Assembly: GCA_965285935.1 (NCBI GenBank) | Contig: OZ260664.1 | Coordinates: 54,684,001-54,748,000, forward strand | DNA: 64,000 nucleotides | Direction of reading: 5' to 3' | Source of the DNA: Ophelia neglecta | Lineage: Eukaryota | In this document: positions 40,590-55,280 of the stretch, in pieces | How positions within the stretch are numbered: position 1 is the stretch's first letter | Layout: every line of letters starts with the position of its first letter | The notes under the pieces: generated by a model | Told to the model about the DNA's origin: nothing | Seen by the model: only the letters and a program-made list of their open reading frames with translations | Database searches by the model: none | Program-made: the position numbers and the translations under genes

Positions 40590-41915
40590 CTTCAAATGTG
40601 TAACAGATAGATATAAAAGCATGTTTTGATAAATGATTTTGACTTTGCCTTTAATCTTACTCTCAAGATATCAAGAAAACTGCCTTAGTGAGCACTTTTC
40701 CCAAGAGAAGTTTAATCAAGATATCTCCCTGGCTTAGCACCTAAAGCAAATCACCAGATAAGCAGCCCGTGACCAAAAGGAGTCAGCGACTAAGTCTTAA
40801 AGGAGTTAAATAAGTTTGAATCAAGGTTGAATAGAAGCCCATTCACATGGATCAATATTATTATTTAAACTCATGAAGTTTGGGTGTAAACTTGGTATTT
40901 AAATAACCACCTCAAGCCAACAGCAACACTTGCACCTGAAAAGAGACTGCTGATATTGTTTACCATGCTTTTATGTGTAATTAAATATTTCTAATTACAC
41001 AAGCAGTTCAGGTTGTACTTTTTGTATAGAACACCTTTATAGTTGATCTCAGTAGTGTATCCATCAGGCCTAAACGGCCCCAGTTTGCCGTTTGTTTGCC
41101 CACTGGCTTTTCCAACATGTACGAGACATGGCCCCCTATGGTAAATAAAATACATGAAAAGGCTTGATAGTCAAGCCACAATTGTGCCAATCGAAAGTCA
41201 CCCAACCCCTGGTATCAAATGCTCATTTAGGCTGTGTCGGAGGTGTCTATTGAGAAATACCTATAGACACCAATCAAAGAGGATTAAGTAGAAGACATCA
41301 AGGCTATCATTGGCCGCTCAAAGAACAACTAGACAGTAGATGTTTTGGAAAAACTGCAATCGGAGTAAGTTGTTTGTCGACAGTGGCTTTCATGCTGTCG
41401 ATGGTTTGTAGACATACGATTCTGGGCATGATGCGGTTGGCAGAGGTAGCTTAGCCACCTTTCTGTGGTCGTGTTTAAGGTTTTGTGGTAGATGATTGTC
41501 CCAATGCACCATTTATGGCATCTAGAATTCATACAAAATATGGTGCTTTATTTCATGTATTTATGGCAATCATTTCTAGGAAATATGACTTTTTATCTTA
41601 TTTTACAAACACTTCTGCAAGTAAAAAAAAAAATTCATAATTTCTAACTTTGAAACCAATTTTTATCCCGTTAACAGTAATAGTTTTCTCACACATCACA
41701 GTCTTCTAGTTACATATTGGTGTAGTGAGATATGTAGTGAAACACTACACACACAGAGTAGATTATATGCCCTATTGGAGAATTATATTTCTAACGATAA
41801 ACAAATTTGTGGTTTGCCATGAAAACCCTGATTATTCTATTGCAAATTACGGTGTGGACCTGTTCATTAATTTCTTTCCTGAGCAATATTAACTCACTTG
41901 GAAGCATACAAAAAA

Positions 41916-42228
41916 GGGGGGGGATAAGGGGTATTTTAGACCCTTGGGAATGGCCTTTTTAATTATTCGTGAGCTGGGAATTTAAGGTTTATTTTCTTGT
42001 GAATCTGGATTTGACAATTGCCCATGATTCGGTATCAAGGATTTGAATTAACTCGGACACGGGAATGTTCTGTTTAATTTCCCATGACAAGGGAATCAGA
42101 TTTTCAATTTATCGAGATGTGGAAAATACCTTATTCCTTATGGTATGAAAAATGCTGACTTCAAACATCCATGATTTGGGATTTGCCCATTTTTCTAACT
42201 GGGAACGAGGAACCCCCTAACCTCCCTC
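41916..42228. mobile_element. Degenerate non-autonomous element with internal ~29-bp periodic repeat
   Basis: Ends GGGGGGGGATAAGGGG and CCCCCTAACCTCCCTC are approximately inverted. Internal motif c(G/A)TGAnnnGGGA(A/T)T recurs near 41968, 41998, 42023, 42055, 42083, 42114 and 42170. Confidence 0.55.
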
Positions 42229-45200
42229 AAGAAACAGTCACATTAGCATCAAGAATCTTACTCCTTAATCCACCAGGTACCTACTCGTATTCTGAGTGGA
42301 AGGAGGCACTGTTGAGATTGAGGTCCTTGACAAAGGAACAAGGCATTTGCCTCTGTGGCGTCTGGGAGATGACCTTGCTGAATACTTGGTCACAGCACCT
42401 TTGCCTATGCATTCATTCAAGGCCCTGGTGATGAAAAACTGATGAGCTCTTAACTATTTTATTTTATCTCTATGAAAGGAAATGCATACATGCTACTTGT
42501 GTTATTTTTCATTTGATTTTGAAGAGAAAAAATCTTGCCAGGCTTAAACTGTTTGTTTTTAGAAGTTCAAGGATTTATAGAGGTTTTTTTAGTTGTTTAG
42601 ATAACGTATTTTCTTGATTAATCTCCACTTAATATGAATTATCAATCAGGTGACTAACACCAGGAAATGCCTATCATTTCATCAAGGCTAAGGACCTTGG
42701 CAGGTTATCTGCTGACCAGCTATTATTGGTGTTCATAGATGATTATCACTCGATTATCACTCAACTCATAAAGCAGATTATAGGTGATGATTATCAATGG
42801 CTTGAGATCAAGCAGATCACGAACTCTTTCGGAACTACCTGTCAAACAGAACAATAAAACTAGCAAGGTAATTTGCATAATTATTCCTGGTAATCGGGTT
42901 GGAAACAGTGGAAAGGTTAAGACTTCTCCTCTGAAAATGCTCATTTCTAACATCTGACAAGCTATGAAAAGCAGGACAAGCAATACATTTATCATTGATC
43001 AAGATCAATTTTATTTCGGTGAAATTAGCATTATCTGGCCATTGTAATGTCTGACACCCTGGGATTCTTTGCAGTTGTGCATGCATTCATTGCTTTTAAC
43101 TGTTACACGATTGTGGCCTTTTATGGTAAATTGGCTGGTATTTTTTCCCATGAATAGTGTGCCACATGCAAAAGATAGCCATTTCAGTACAGTTGACATA
43201 ACCGCAATTATCCTGTTCAGTGGTCACTCATTTATGTACCAGCATACTAAAGATTTACATCTCTCACTATGATAGTAGTCTGCATTTATTTTACTTGGAA
43301 CTCTTATATAATATGATACAGGCACAGCGGAGAATTTTATCATTCTCTACGCTTTGAAAATTAAATGTTTACTTGCATCAATTTTATGCGAATCCTAAGC
43401 CTTTAATCTTTGTAAATATTGTAAGGGGGTACAAAGGTCTTAAGACAGGGATGTTTTCTTTTACTAATCCTAGAAAATCTTTCCTGAAATTGATATTCTT
43501 TCTTGTTTCTGGTAGTATTCCCGTGGGTCCATCGTGCCCACTTGATCACAGGTCCACTGTATGTAATTGATTACAATAAAACAATTATAGATTTGGTTCC
43601 TTCAACGCACAGTTGCTTCAGACTATGGTGAACCTAAATCTATCTCATCTATAGAAACAATAGTCAATCTAAAAGACATTGTATTAAAACCATAGGCATA
43701 GAATTAAATTGCATAGGAGCAATGGCCACTTGTAAACAACTAGCTATTAAATTCATAAATTACATGGGGTAACAAGGTTTAAGCAATTGGACAGTCTGGG
43801 TCAACATAACATTAGTGTCAGGGACTGTTCCTAGGAGCATCCTCCCTTGATTGGGGCCACTTCTGGGTAGGGCACATGTCTTGACAACCACTTGAGACAC
43901 CAGGACTGTGAACAACTGTCACTGGAACTAATTGCCAACATTTTTCATGTCATGATCAGTTCATCAGCCATAAGGCTAGTACCCTGGCTGGTACCGAAAG
44001 TGGTCATTTTAGGAAAAGTGTCTCGGGAAGACAGATGCTAAACTGGATGAAATCATTTTACATTGGATGAGCACCTGGGAATTCTTACAGAAAAGGTAAC
44101 ACTATATTCATCTAGAATTGTGATTTTTATTAAACATCTGGGGATATGTTTTAATCATACATATTTTCATTAGGGGTGTTAGGAAGTTATGGTCAAAAAT
44201 TACTTTTGGGGCATGTAACATTTGAATTTAGTGTCTATGTACATTAATTAAGTGATTTTAAAAACCACAATTACATCAGAGATGGTTTTTGTATATAAAA
44301 TTATGTTGTAACTATTCCAATCTGGGAAAATGATGAGGTTTTAAATCCACTGTTGAGTCTGCTTTATAATCTGGGCACACAAAAGAGCAGCGGTTATATA
44401 TTTGGAGGGTGGAACCCTAGTTGTCGCTGATTAGAATGGCCCATTACAGACAATACCATGAAGGGAAACATGTGTCACGGAGCACCAAATCTCATGTCAG
44501 ATTTGACCAAAACATGCTCAATTGCCATGTCACATAAAGGCCAATTTTCCAGGCCGTTTGCTTCCATTTCTAAAACAATGAAAATGTCATTGTCTGCATG
44601 TAGCGTGAAAAAGGAATGTTGGCACTTATTGCACGGCCACACATCGAATGTTCATATCAGAGAAAAGAGGCTTTTGTGAAGAAAAAAAATAGAAAACTTC
44701 TGCTGGAATTTAATACTAAGTACAGCATTGGAAAAGAAGCTAATATCAAAGTGATATCATCTTGTATGTTGTTTTCTTGGTGGTCTGGCATGTCTAATGG
44801 TTACAGGGTGGTGTCTCAGCTGCAAATGACAACCGTCTTATCAATGATATAGGTAAGAGTTTTTGGAATTGAAATTGTCATAGATCCTACTAGCTCTTAG
44901 TATTGATATCCAGTGGCTCAGTCATAATAACATTACTGTTATAATTTGTTAATTACTGTTAGTTCTTTCTACCAAATTATATTTCAAGTAAATGTACATT
45001 GTGCATTGTATTCAATCCACATATCTAGCCATATTAATGAAGTGAAATAAATTAGCACTTAAATGTGAAAACGTCAATCCTTGACCACTTGAAAGTTTTA
45101 TATATTCCCATTTGAATGTAGTGTAAATATGTCCTAAACAGCAGGAGCTGACAATTTTATAAAAAGGGTCATCCGTGGACAAGACGTAGAAGTGGTCCTC

Positions 45201-48200
45201 CTACGACTCTCTTTGTATTTATGACATTTTCGAGAAATAGTTGTAAAGGCAGTTGATGTCATCATCAGACAAAATAAATGCCACCGGTACATTAAGAAAC
45301 TAATTTGACTTTCACTGCGAGACGTACATGAACCTCAAGCATTGAAAGTTAAATTTGTGTCACAATTTACAATAAAGCTTGGTGAATTTAGGATTGGCAA
45401 AGAGCTATTTGAAGTAGATCTACCTCATTGGTACACCTCCATGTACATATATGTAATGTTTTCTGCATGCTATTACATTGTTAATTGTCACTAATGTCAC
45501 TTCCAGTCTGACTTCAATTTATTACCATTGTGCACTGCAGTAAGTTTTCTTTAAGTAGGGAAACCGACCTATAAAAAATAGATGTATTCACTTACTTGTA
45601 GCCCATTCATAAGGAAATGGCCATTTAGTGTGTGCAGATATACCTATAAATTGCATAGTCATTAATTAAAACATTGATGCCTCAGTCACAGTATCACGTT
45701 TTGGCTGCCATGATTGGCTACTTTGCAAAATGTTCCAGAAACTTAGCAGAAGCATAGCAGAACACGGTTTTAACACAATCAAACGTGGGACAAAGTGGCT
45801 AAAACATGACTAAACATGAACAGGAAAAGATAATTTTGGACATGTACAAAATAAGGGTCCTCTTTCTACAACGTAATACAATGTACTAAAGCATGGCACC
45901 AATGTGGAAACAATGTGGTGGAACTTAGTAACAACGTGGTTACAACATAGCAGTAAACATACCAGAATGGATTCGTATTGAGCATAAAAAACCTCTGAAT
46001 CTTTATTATCCAGTGAAAGAGTGCTTATTTTTAAGTGTATGAGTCAAAAATGAAATAACAGAGCTAAGCATTTATCCATTTTAATTTGTTTATATTGTAC
46101 ACTGAAACTGACATGGACGAAAATTGAAAAGTCATGGCCTAAATGGAAAGCTTGTGATTTCTTCATAATCAATAGTGAAATATATATACCACCAAGCAGA
46201 CAATCTTGGTCTTATCTCTTTGCTTGTGTTCCTTTCTATAATGATCTCACATTCCCAAATTCTTCTAGAGCCAAAGTCCATTAAGGGTCACTGGTGATAT
46301 ACCTGATGATATCTTCTTGTCATACTGGAGCCTCGGCTCCTGTGCTGTGTCCATTAATAGGCTGGTGCCTGGTATGGTTGAATTTCTCTTGAATGTGATA
46401 GAGCTATCACAGGCAATTTATCTCAACTCTCCTCCTCACAACATTAACCTTACAATATCCCATGTACCTTAGTAACAATAAGTTACCTACTTGAACCACT
46501 ATGTTCCAAGTTTCAAATTTTCAAGTATGGGTCAAGATAATGATGCCATATATCAAACAAATTTGCTATTTGCTATCAATAGAACACATGTTTTTCTGAT
46601 CAGAATCTTGATATTTCTTTCTGAATGTACATTTACGGGTAAATGCCCCCTTTCGTTACTGATATTCAGTTGAGATAAGGGAACTGATTTTTCTAGTCAT
46701 TAGGGCAATGGCCTCTGACTACCTTGCTATGCCTTCTGATATTCATACCTCACTGTCTCCCTTGGTGAATGGATGGATTTTAAACAGAAGAGATAATATC
46801 ATTGACAAGAAGTAAGGTTAAGCTCCTATGAAAACACATATTTCCAGATTCTCACTTACTTCTGATAAGAGTGTGCTGTTAGGAGTAAAAAATTGACATT
46901 CCTGCATCTTGTGTGTTACATTTTATCCTTTCAACCAGTTTATCCTCACAATATGCTTGAGAACGAACAGTGGAGGGTGGGATGTGCTTTTCAGGAGTGC
47001 TGATAACTGATCAGCCCGCACCTACTTGATAGCTAGAAAATTGCCGCTGATGAGTCCCACAAGAATACTTAGCATGATTAAAACTCATAAAAATGCTACT
47101 TTTCCTCATTATCATGACACCTAGATTCACACCTATGTAGCCATCTTGTTTTCAATCAGTAGGTTAGCACTAAGGGCATGTTACTGTATTTAGCACTATG
47201 AATAATGCTCACTTATTGTTCCCAATTTCCATCGGCTATTTGAATAACTTTACACCCACGTAACCAGCATTTTTTTCCGCATCATGCCTGATTACATTGA
47301 CCAGAGACAGTCATGTTGCACCCAGTTGCCAGGAGTATATTACCTGAAATCTCATTGTATTGGGTGTACTGCCGGCACCCGTATCATTAGGGTGTTAAAA
47401 CTATACCCGGTGGTTTTAAACATATTAAGAACATACAAATGACGAGTGGACAGCTTCTTGTAATGTATACCTGTAATTTGCATTAAGAAAATGCCAACAA
47501 CTGGGAAAGTCCCATTCTCATGACCTTGGAATGTTGTAGTGTATTGTGTGGCTTGTTTCCGAGGATTTTTGGCCAAGGAATCTTGGCCGTATGACCACTG
47601 TGTTAACATCCGCTTCAGATGTGTCTTGCTAAAATATGTTATGCCCTGGATTTGAAGTGAAATGGATTACTCTCATGACCTTTTATTGTGTTACTCATGG
47701 GTAACTGCCTTGGTATAATTTTACAGAATTAGTTAAAAAGGTAGGAAAATTTAGTTATTTTACATTGATTTGGTGACTGAATTAATGCTCGGAGATTTAT
47801 TATAAGAATTGAAAAATTTACAGCTGGTTACTGCTTAGGCATTTGGGGTTTATTCATCTTGATTATTTTAAAATTTGTTTTTTGACACAGTATTTTTTTA
47901 ATACAATATTTATTATTTAACTAGATGTTTCTTCCAATTATCTACACTATATATACATATAGAATTATTGAGTAATACATCACTTGTGGTATATTTTATT
48001 TTATTTAATGGATATTTAATTCAAGATGACAAATTGCTAGTTAACAAAATTAGGTTTGGGCAACACACTTGTAGCAGTTTCCTCACATTTTATAGCATTA
48101 AACATTTAACCCAAGTAATGGAAATAATCAGCATCTATGAATATTTCAATCCAGGTTTTCAAAGGAAAAGTGTTAAAATCAAATCATTTTCAATGACTTT

Positions 48201-51200
48201 CAATGCTTTCATAATGTTTGCTGTGAATAGAACAGATACGTGAAGGTTGCCTCGAGTGCCTGAGTTTTTTTCTCAGTTTTTCTATTCATGCCCAATACTA
48301 TATCTAAATCCATAGCAAACAGTGAATCTTACAGGCATGAACAGAGCTAATATTTTCCATATAGGGTCTAGCTGACTGGAACTTTTCTACACAAGACTCT
48401 TGAGTTAAATCAGCCATAAGAAGTTGCAATTACAGCTATTTCAGAGATATTTTTTATTTTCTTTTGCATCTACAATACCATGAGTCACTGCGCCCGAAAT
48501 AAAAGCTTTTTAGTGACACTCAAGTAACAGTGATTCAAGTTGGCAAAAGGCATCCGGTATATACTTTTCTGTTTAGCCACGTACCGTTGGAACTGTTACA
48601 GTGGAAAAAGTTGCCAAGGGCTACTGAGGCCAAACAGAGCAATCATGATACTTGTGGTTAAAGGTGAGAGAAAAGGAGGATTGGCTGTGTTGTGTGTGAT
48701 GCCCTCAGCTAAATACAAGGGTTGGAGAGACGTCAAAGGTAAGACAAGTCAAAGTGATGTATGTATAAACAGGTCATTATTTATGCCAGTTTGAAGGTTT
48801 CACCTTTAATAAGGTGTACTGTTGCCTAAACTCAATGTTTGGACACATTTAGAGCTGACCTTTAAGGTGACCAGTGCTATCTATTAAAGACCAATGACCC
48901 ATAGATATAATGCTGAGTTAGCACTATAAGGTACACACCAATACGATAGCTGGTTCGATCGTCTTCATAACTCTCCTCGTATAAATGTACATGTATCTCA
49001 AAGGTGAACCAAATTTGGTTATGTACAAACTGGCCTAAAATTGCAGATTTCAGGAAACTTTTAAAAGTGCCTTTCAATATTTCAGGCATTTACATGTATA
49101 TGTACATGAACGTTGATGTTTCCAATGTACATGTAGTTCAGTATTAGATACTTATAGTAAAAAATTCCTTTGAAAGCATGCAATGATAGATGAAGACTAT
49201 TTTAGTCCAAGGGCAGAGGTAGCAGATGGGATCTGGGAGTCTTATTATCATGAGCACGTTTAAAGAAGCACTACACTAATCTTGAACCACTTTAATTGCT
49301 GCTTTACAACAACTGTAAACAAGAGGTATTGCCGCCAAAGGATGCTTGAAGACAATAAAAAGTCAAAGAGAGGAGCGTGTTGGGTACACTTGAAAAGAGC
49401 CAAGCAGGAAGCGTCTCTGAGGAGACCGCAGGCCATATGTGCCATCCCGCTTTGTGCAAGCTTTAATTGCCACATGCTGTGCTGTAGAATTTTCCGATTT
49501 TGCTGCTAGGGTTCCGTGTGGGGTTGATGGGAGTTTGGTATGAGCGTCTGCTGGGAGAGAGAAAGCCCTCGTTAGGGTATTCATTAGGTCACACGTGGGA
49601 GTGATGGACCAGAAGAAAACCTCCCACCAGAGGCATATGCTATTGATGGGTCCCTTGCTCCCAGCCATAATTACGCAGTTGGCCAACATTCAGGCATTGC
49701 CACGCTTGTTTACCATAGTGCTAAATGTACCACACCGCACAAAGTCGTCATTATGGCAAAGGAGTTCTTCTCACATTAACTCAAGATGGGTTCTTTGCTG
49801 ATTACACCAGGTGTACAAATGCCTTGCAAAATCATTTTCCTGAGCCTCTGAGACAACAGTTACTGGTAATCAAATGTAATGTCCACCTGATAATTGGTGG
49901 AGAGTATTTGATTTAGATATTACTATTCAGAATGCAAATTTGAAGCTGTTTGGTCATGTCTAAAGGAAACTGCTGTGCAAGAATGCTGAAATCCAATGAA
50001 CTAGCTGTACAAGTCTAGGAATTTAATAGGCAAACACATTTAAGTCTTTGCAAGTTTAAATATATTTGTCTTCGCCATGATTTCATGAATTTTTATTTAC
50101 AACGTCTTGACTTTATATGTTGAGCCTGGCTGTAATTTTGAACTGTTAATGCAAAAATAAACAAAAGTTAGCTACTTTGTAGATTCACAGTAGTTAACTT
50201 GAATTACTTTCTCCTACTTGTTAGCATGGCAGACATATGAAAAGTATAATTATTTATTTAGTTTCTGGCTCTGTTTTTGACAATATCCCATAGAGTTCCT
50301 GTGGCTCAATTTGCGAAGCTCCCAGCTGGACATGGCAGGCTAACATTAAGTATTATGTGATATCAAATAGGCCATCCTAAATCATCTGACTAACTTGCTA
50401 TTGCTACCTATAGCTTTCTCCTTGTAGCAGTTTTTAACTAAGGTAGAGCATGGTATGGTGGGCACAGTGCCACAGGTTACTATGATTTTATATCCCTCAT
50501 ACTGTTTTTCTCTTGTTCAGGTGCTAGATAAAAGAACCTTTTTTTAGTGTTTTGATAGGCAGGAAATCTATCTAATTTAAAAGCTGTTGTTTGACAGTGA
50601 GATCCTTTTTCTTCAAAAAATGATGTGACAGCGAGAGTCTTTTCAAAAAGATGTTGTTTTAAAACTTGCAAAAAATTGAAACTTCTATAAATACTTTCAT
50701 GCTCTGATTAGTTCACATGTACAGATTTTCATACACAATTTTTATATAATGTTCTGTAGTCTCTAGGTGTAATTGTGTCTGATATGCCCTCTAGCATTTA
50801 ATAAATAATAAACACCTTAGTTGTATTTCAAAGTTTAAGCTTTGAAATACGAGTTAATGGACTAGAATTGATTTCTAATGAGTTTTTAATTATATCCAGA
50901 TTATGAGCTAATACTGAATGATTGAAGCATTCCTTGACAGTGACATCTCCCTGGCATCTCCTGACGGGGCTGCTTACCGACCCTGTGCCATAGCCCTGAC
51001 ACGGCCATGGCCTCGTGGTTGGTCATAATTAGGGGGTGCAAATCAAAGGGGGTAAAATAAAAAGCTCATTAGAGGCTGAGAAAGGTCCTTGGTGCAGTCT
51101 TGTCAATTTGACTGTGAAGCACAAGGGTAATGACTCCTAAGCTTGGTATTGTGACTGATTGGGAAAGAGGCGGACATTAATTCTGGCCTTGTGTCACCAA

Positions 51201-54200
51201 CTAAACAGGACTCGCTCCCAACTGGAAGACTTAGGAATTAGTCAGGAGTGAGTATCAGCTAATGGCTCCCTTGGGTTACCTTGTTAATTATTCAAATGTA
51301 TGCCTCTTTCTTATAGTCACATCTCTTTAGGAGTTGTTTGCAAACTAAGAGAGACAAGCTATGATTGGGAATGCAAGCAATTTTTGCCCAAAGGCAACAA
51401 TTAAAACATTTGACAGAATTCATTTGACATCCAAACTCTCTTAACTCCATGTATATGTTTAACACCTTTTGTTTGGTGATATTAACTAGTTCTTTTTATT
51501 CCCTTTGATGGCGCTGTTCTTTTGATTTTCCCATTTCATTAAACACCACATATAGCAAAACTCCGCAGATCAATTTCCCTGATAAACCTATAATGACATC
51601 TTTACTGAGTTTTGACTATAGGGTGTTTTTTTATCTGGGCATAATAGAGATACTGCAGTGTCACCATCTCATATTGCCTGATGTTTCGATAAGGACATAG
51701 CAATGAAGATTCTCACTTTGCCATGTTGACTGTGTTTCTCAAATTACCCTAGGTTGGATAGGATGGTGATTTCAGGAGCTGTTATGAAGGAGTGTGCGGT
51801 TGAAGGTGATCTATTGGCCTGTTTTGAAGGGAATTGCTGTAAATTCATAGCTCAGTACCTGGTAGCAGTTCATGCCTTGTAAAATATATCCTGTGTATAA
51901 CAGTCTAGAGACTCCTACCTTTCCCTCTAATCAAAGCAATAACATGATAGTCTTACTTTGCTTAGAATAAATACAATGTTATTTATTAATGTGTTGAGTT
52001 TCAATGATATTTTTCTTCTGCTTATTACATTAATTTGACTGGAGCTCACTGCATGTTTAGCTGCATTGAAGAATGTCTAAGAGCATCATTTTTTCTGGGC
52101 ACTTATTTCATCCCAAATCTGCAGCCCCTTCATGAATCACTTTTAGGCCCACTCAATGTATATATTTTACTCCTCTCGCCCAAGGGCCTAAGCCAATAAA
52201 TCATTTTGGCAATTATATAATTCTTTTCCTAGGTTTTGCATTGTGGTGATGGATGTTCCTAGGCTCCATCCTCTTAATTTTTGTTTCATGGATGGCAGTG
52301 GAGCCCAAGTCAGAGAACATATAAATCATGGCTTCAAGTTCAAAAGAGTTACATGAAAAACTAAGTAACAGGAGCCATGGAAATGACACTGTCATATATG
52401 AAACCTTGCATATTTCTGACATGTGTTATAATTTTCCTGTCTCCCCCTTTCATACATTATTCTCAGTGCTGTTAATCATTAGAAGAAAGCCTTTGGACAT
52501 TATAGGGAAAATTTACTTCTATAAATCGCAGACCTTCTGGATTGTTCACAAATTGAACACATTCAGTATAACATTGCAGTCTTACTAATTGTAAATGGTA
52601 ATTAATGCAGTGTATTAATCACCATAAGATGTCGGTAGTTAATTCCAAAATCTACTAAAAAGTACGATTTCCCATCTGTTGATGCTTTTAAGGACATGTT
52701 CATGGCCAGAAACAAAAGCCGTGACACAGACTTACATTAGCTAAGTGTTTGGGGAACTTAGCAATACATTAACCAGGACTCCGTAAATATTGTGCTTGCC
52801 TAACATTGTCCTCTGAAGATTAATACAGCTTAGCAGAAGAGCGAAGCCAAATATTGAGGGAAAGGTTTGAGAAAGGCTACCAACACATTGCTTTATGCCC
52901 TCATTTGGAAAGACAATCAAAATAAACATGACTGAAAAATAATGAGAACCTGCACATAAATCTGCGGGTAAAATCAACATGCTAGGGTTGACCTGTGAGG
53001 TGTTACTGGTAGTGTTTCTGTATATAAAACTAATATAATAAATTCATTATTTCCCTGATTAAAGCCGTTAAATGCACATGGTGGTCCAGCATTGTCACCA
53101 GAGTTGTCCTGTATATGATAGTAGTTATTACACTGCAGGTGTGCTGGTAAGGATGATTATATCATCGAGGTATATCGGTGGCTTCTGATCAGTCAAACAG
53201 CCACTTGCAATGTGGCAGGCCCCAGCCATCATTAATTTTATGCCTAGAAGCCAATGCGATGTCCAGCACCACATCGTTAATGTTTTCTGAGGAAATCATC
53301 TGCACATTAGCGTCTTCACACCGAAAACCTCAGAGCAATAGCCATTCACGACAACTTGCCGACAATAGGGCAATGTCTTTGGTCATTTGACAGTCAATCC
53401 TGCCTTGATGTTTGCACCCCCCCAGGGTTGTAAGATAGACTTTAGTGTGAGTTAATGGGCTTGTTTATGATATTAGCAGTACTTAATAGAGCCATTATTT
53501 CTTTGATAGTTTTTTTGCCTTTTCACTTGCAATATTACACCTACAGCAAGATCTGAAACCCTCAAGAAAAAGTCTAGATACTCACAGACATTAAAAATGA
53601 AACCCTGTGGCCAGTGTTATGTCATATTTGTTCTATACTAATCAGTAAGTCAAAGTGGTGCTAGCATCAATTCAAGACTTGATAAAAGCTTAAATAAAAG
53701 AAAATTTCATCTGGGTTAATTTTCATATTCTCTTAATTATCAATTTGAAAGCTAATTGTGGGTTGAGAATGGACTGGCATCCAGGCCTGGGGAAGGAGCA
53801 TCCACCCACTGTATCCTTGTCCCTCCCACTTTCCATTAAGCCTATCTCTTTGACAATTTCTTTTGTAAAAGTCTCCTTTGCTTCGAGAAAAATGAAAATG
53901 TAAAATTTGATGGGCGTTGTGGCCTTTCTTGTACTTCAAGAAAACTTTTCCAATGGTTGTGTAAAATAGGGCGTGAACATTTTGAATAGATCTAGGTTGG
54001 TAATCATCACCTGCCAAGTTGAGAGATAAGCCATCTTGACTCCAATGGGTATACCTTTTTAATATCCAATTTGTATTTGATTGCATTATTTTACACCTAT
54101 AGTGGAGACGGTGTTTGGATTCCCCCTGTTGTAGTATCATTGTTATAGCTCCCTTCTTTCTATTCAACCAATTTGCAGACTGATGCTTAACTAGGTTTCC

Positions 54201-55104
54201 CTTGCCACAACAGTGGTGCTCTTTGTCAAATGTCTACAGTGTATAGCTCTGAATGAATTAATTTCAGTAGGCAAGCTTTCATTGGCAATTAGAGGAACCA
54301 CATGCTGATGTTTATTCTAGTGCAGTTTTGTGTAATATTCTGGCGGAAGCATGCCTTTGAAGGAAAAATTTCCCCATTATATGTTTACCGTCTGCTATAA
54401 CCTTTATTCCTTCATGAATTATACTGCCTCCTGAAACAGAATGGTCAACATTTAGATCCAATATAGGCGTATGGGCTCGGTGACTATTCTTTATCATGGT
54501 CATGAAATGCAAAAATTTATATCCAAAGAGCCTTTAAACAGTCAATGGTTTAGTATGAACAAATTATTGAAAGCTTGTTTGCCCTTAATAGGATAAAAAT
54601 CACATCACATTGTTTACAAGTTTTTCCATTAAATTGCAGTTTGATAGCTAGCTCAATCAATGATTGTTTCTAAATATACAGTATGTACTAATAAATGCTT
54701 TTAAACATGCTTGTGACTTCCGTGTGGTACGTAACTGCCCTCTATGAATGAAACTTGTTAATGGGAGTTTATACTTAGTTATGGACGAAACACTCATTAA
54801 GACAGTTTAGAATATAATTAAGCAGCCATTATTTCAAATTAAAAGCCCTATGATGAGGCTGGAGGGGTTGCCCATGGTGGTTGCCACAATTCAAATTCGG
54901 AGGTGTCCACTTTGTCACGTAGATGCCATTTGCTCCTGTTTGGTGTGTTGTTATGTAACCTCAGACAAGGCTCAGGGTTCCACGGTATTGTCCTTGCTGC
55001 TGATGACTTCCACACCAAAACTCTTCAACCACAATACTACCTCGTTGACACAAGCACCGTTGTGTTCATACCTTGGACGCTGTGGCAGCCACTTGAAAGT
55101 TTTC

Positions 55105-55280
55105 ACTTGCTCCGCCTCAACACACACAAGTGTCAGCCACTGACCAATCGCATCTCACAGCTGTGGTCATGTGACATGCACCTGGTAGCAGGCTCGCGTT
55201 GATGACTTAAGTAGTAGGTTTGGCGGGTAGGCGTGTAGATGTGTGTTGGGAGTCAGGGCCGAGTGAAGGTTTGCGTGATG
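55105..55280 (+). promoter_or_regulatory. Candidate promoter/enhancer ~4 kb upstream of the protocadherin exon
   Basis: CpG-richer patch with CCAAT (55144-55148), GTCATGTGAC (55166-55175), CACCTG (55179-55184) and GGCGGGTAGGCGTG (55222-55235). Confidence 0.35.

Noticed and set aside
50295-50345. TGGCTCAATTTG as the A-box of a tRNA or SINE
   Set aside because: No B-box or cloverleaf downstream.
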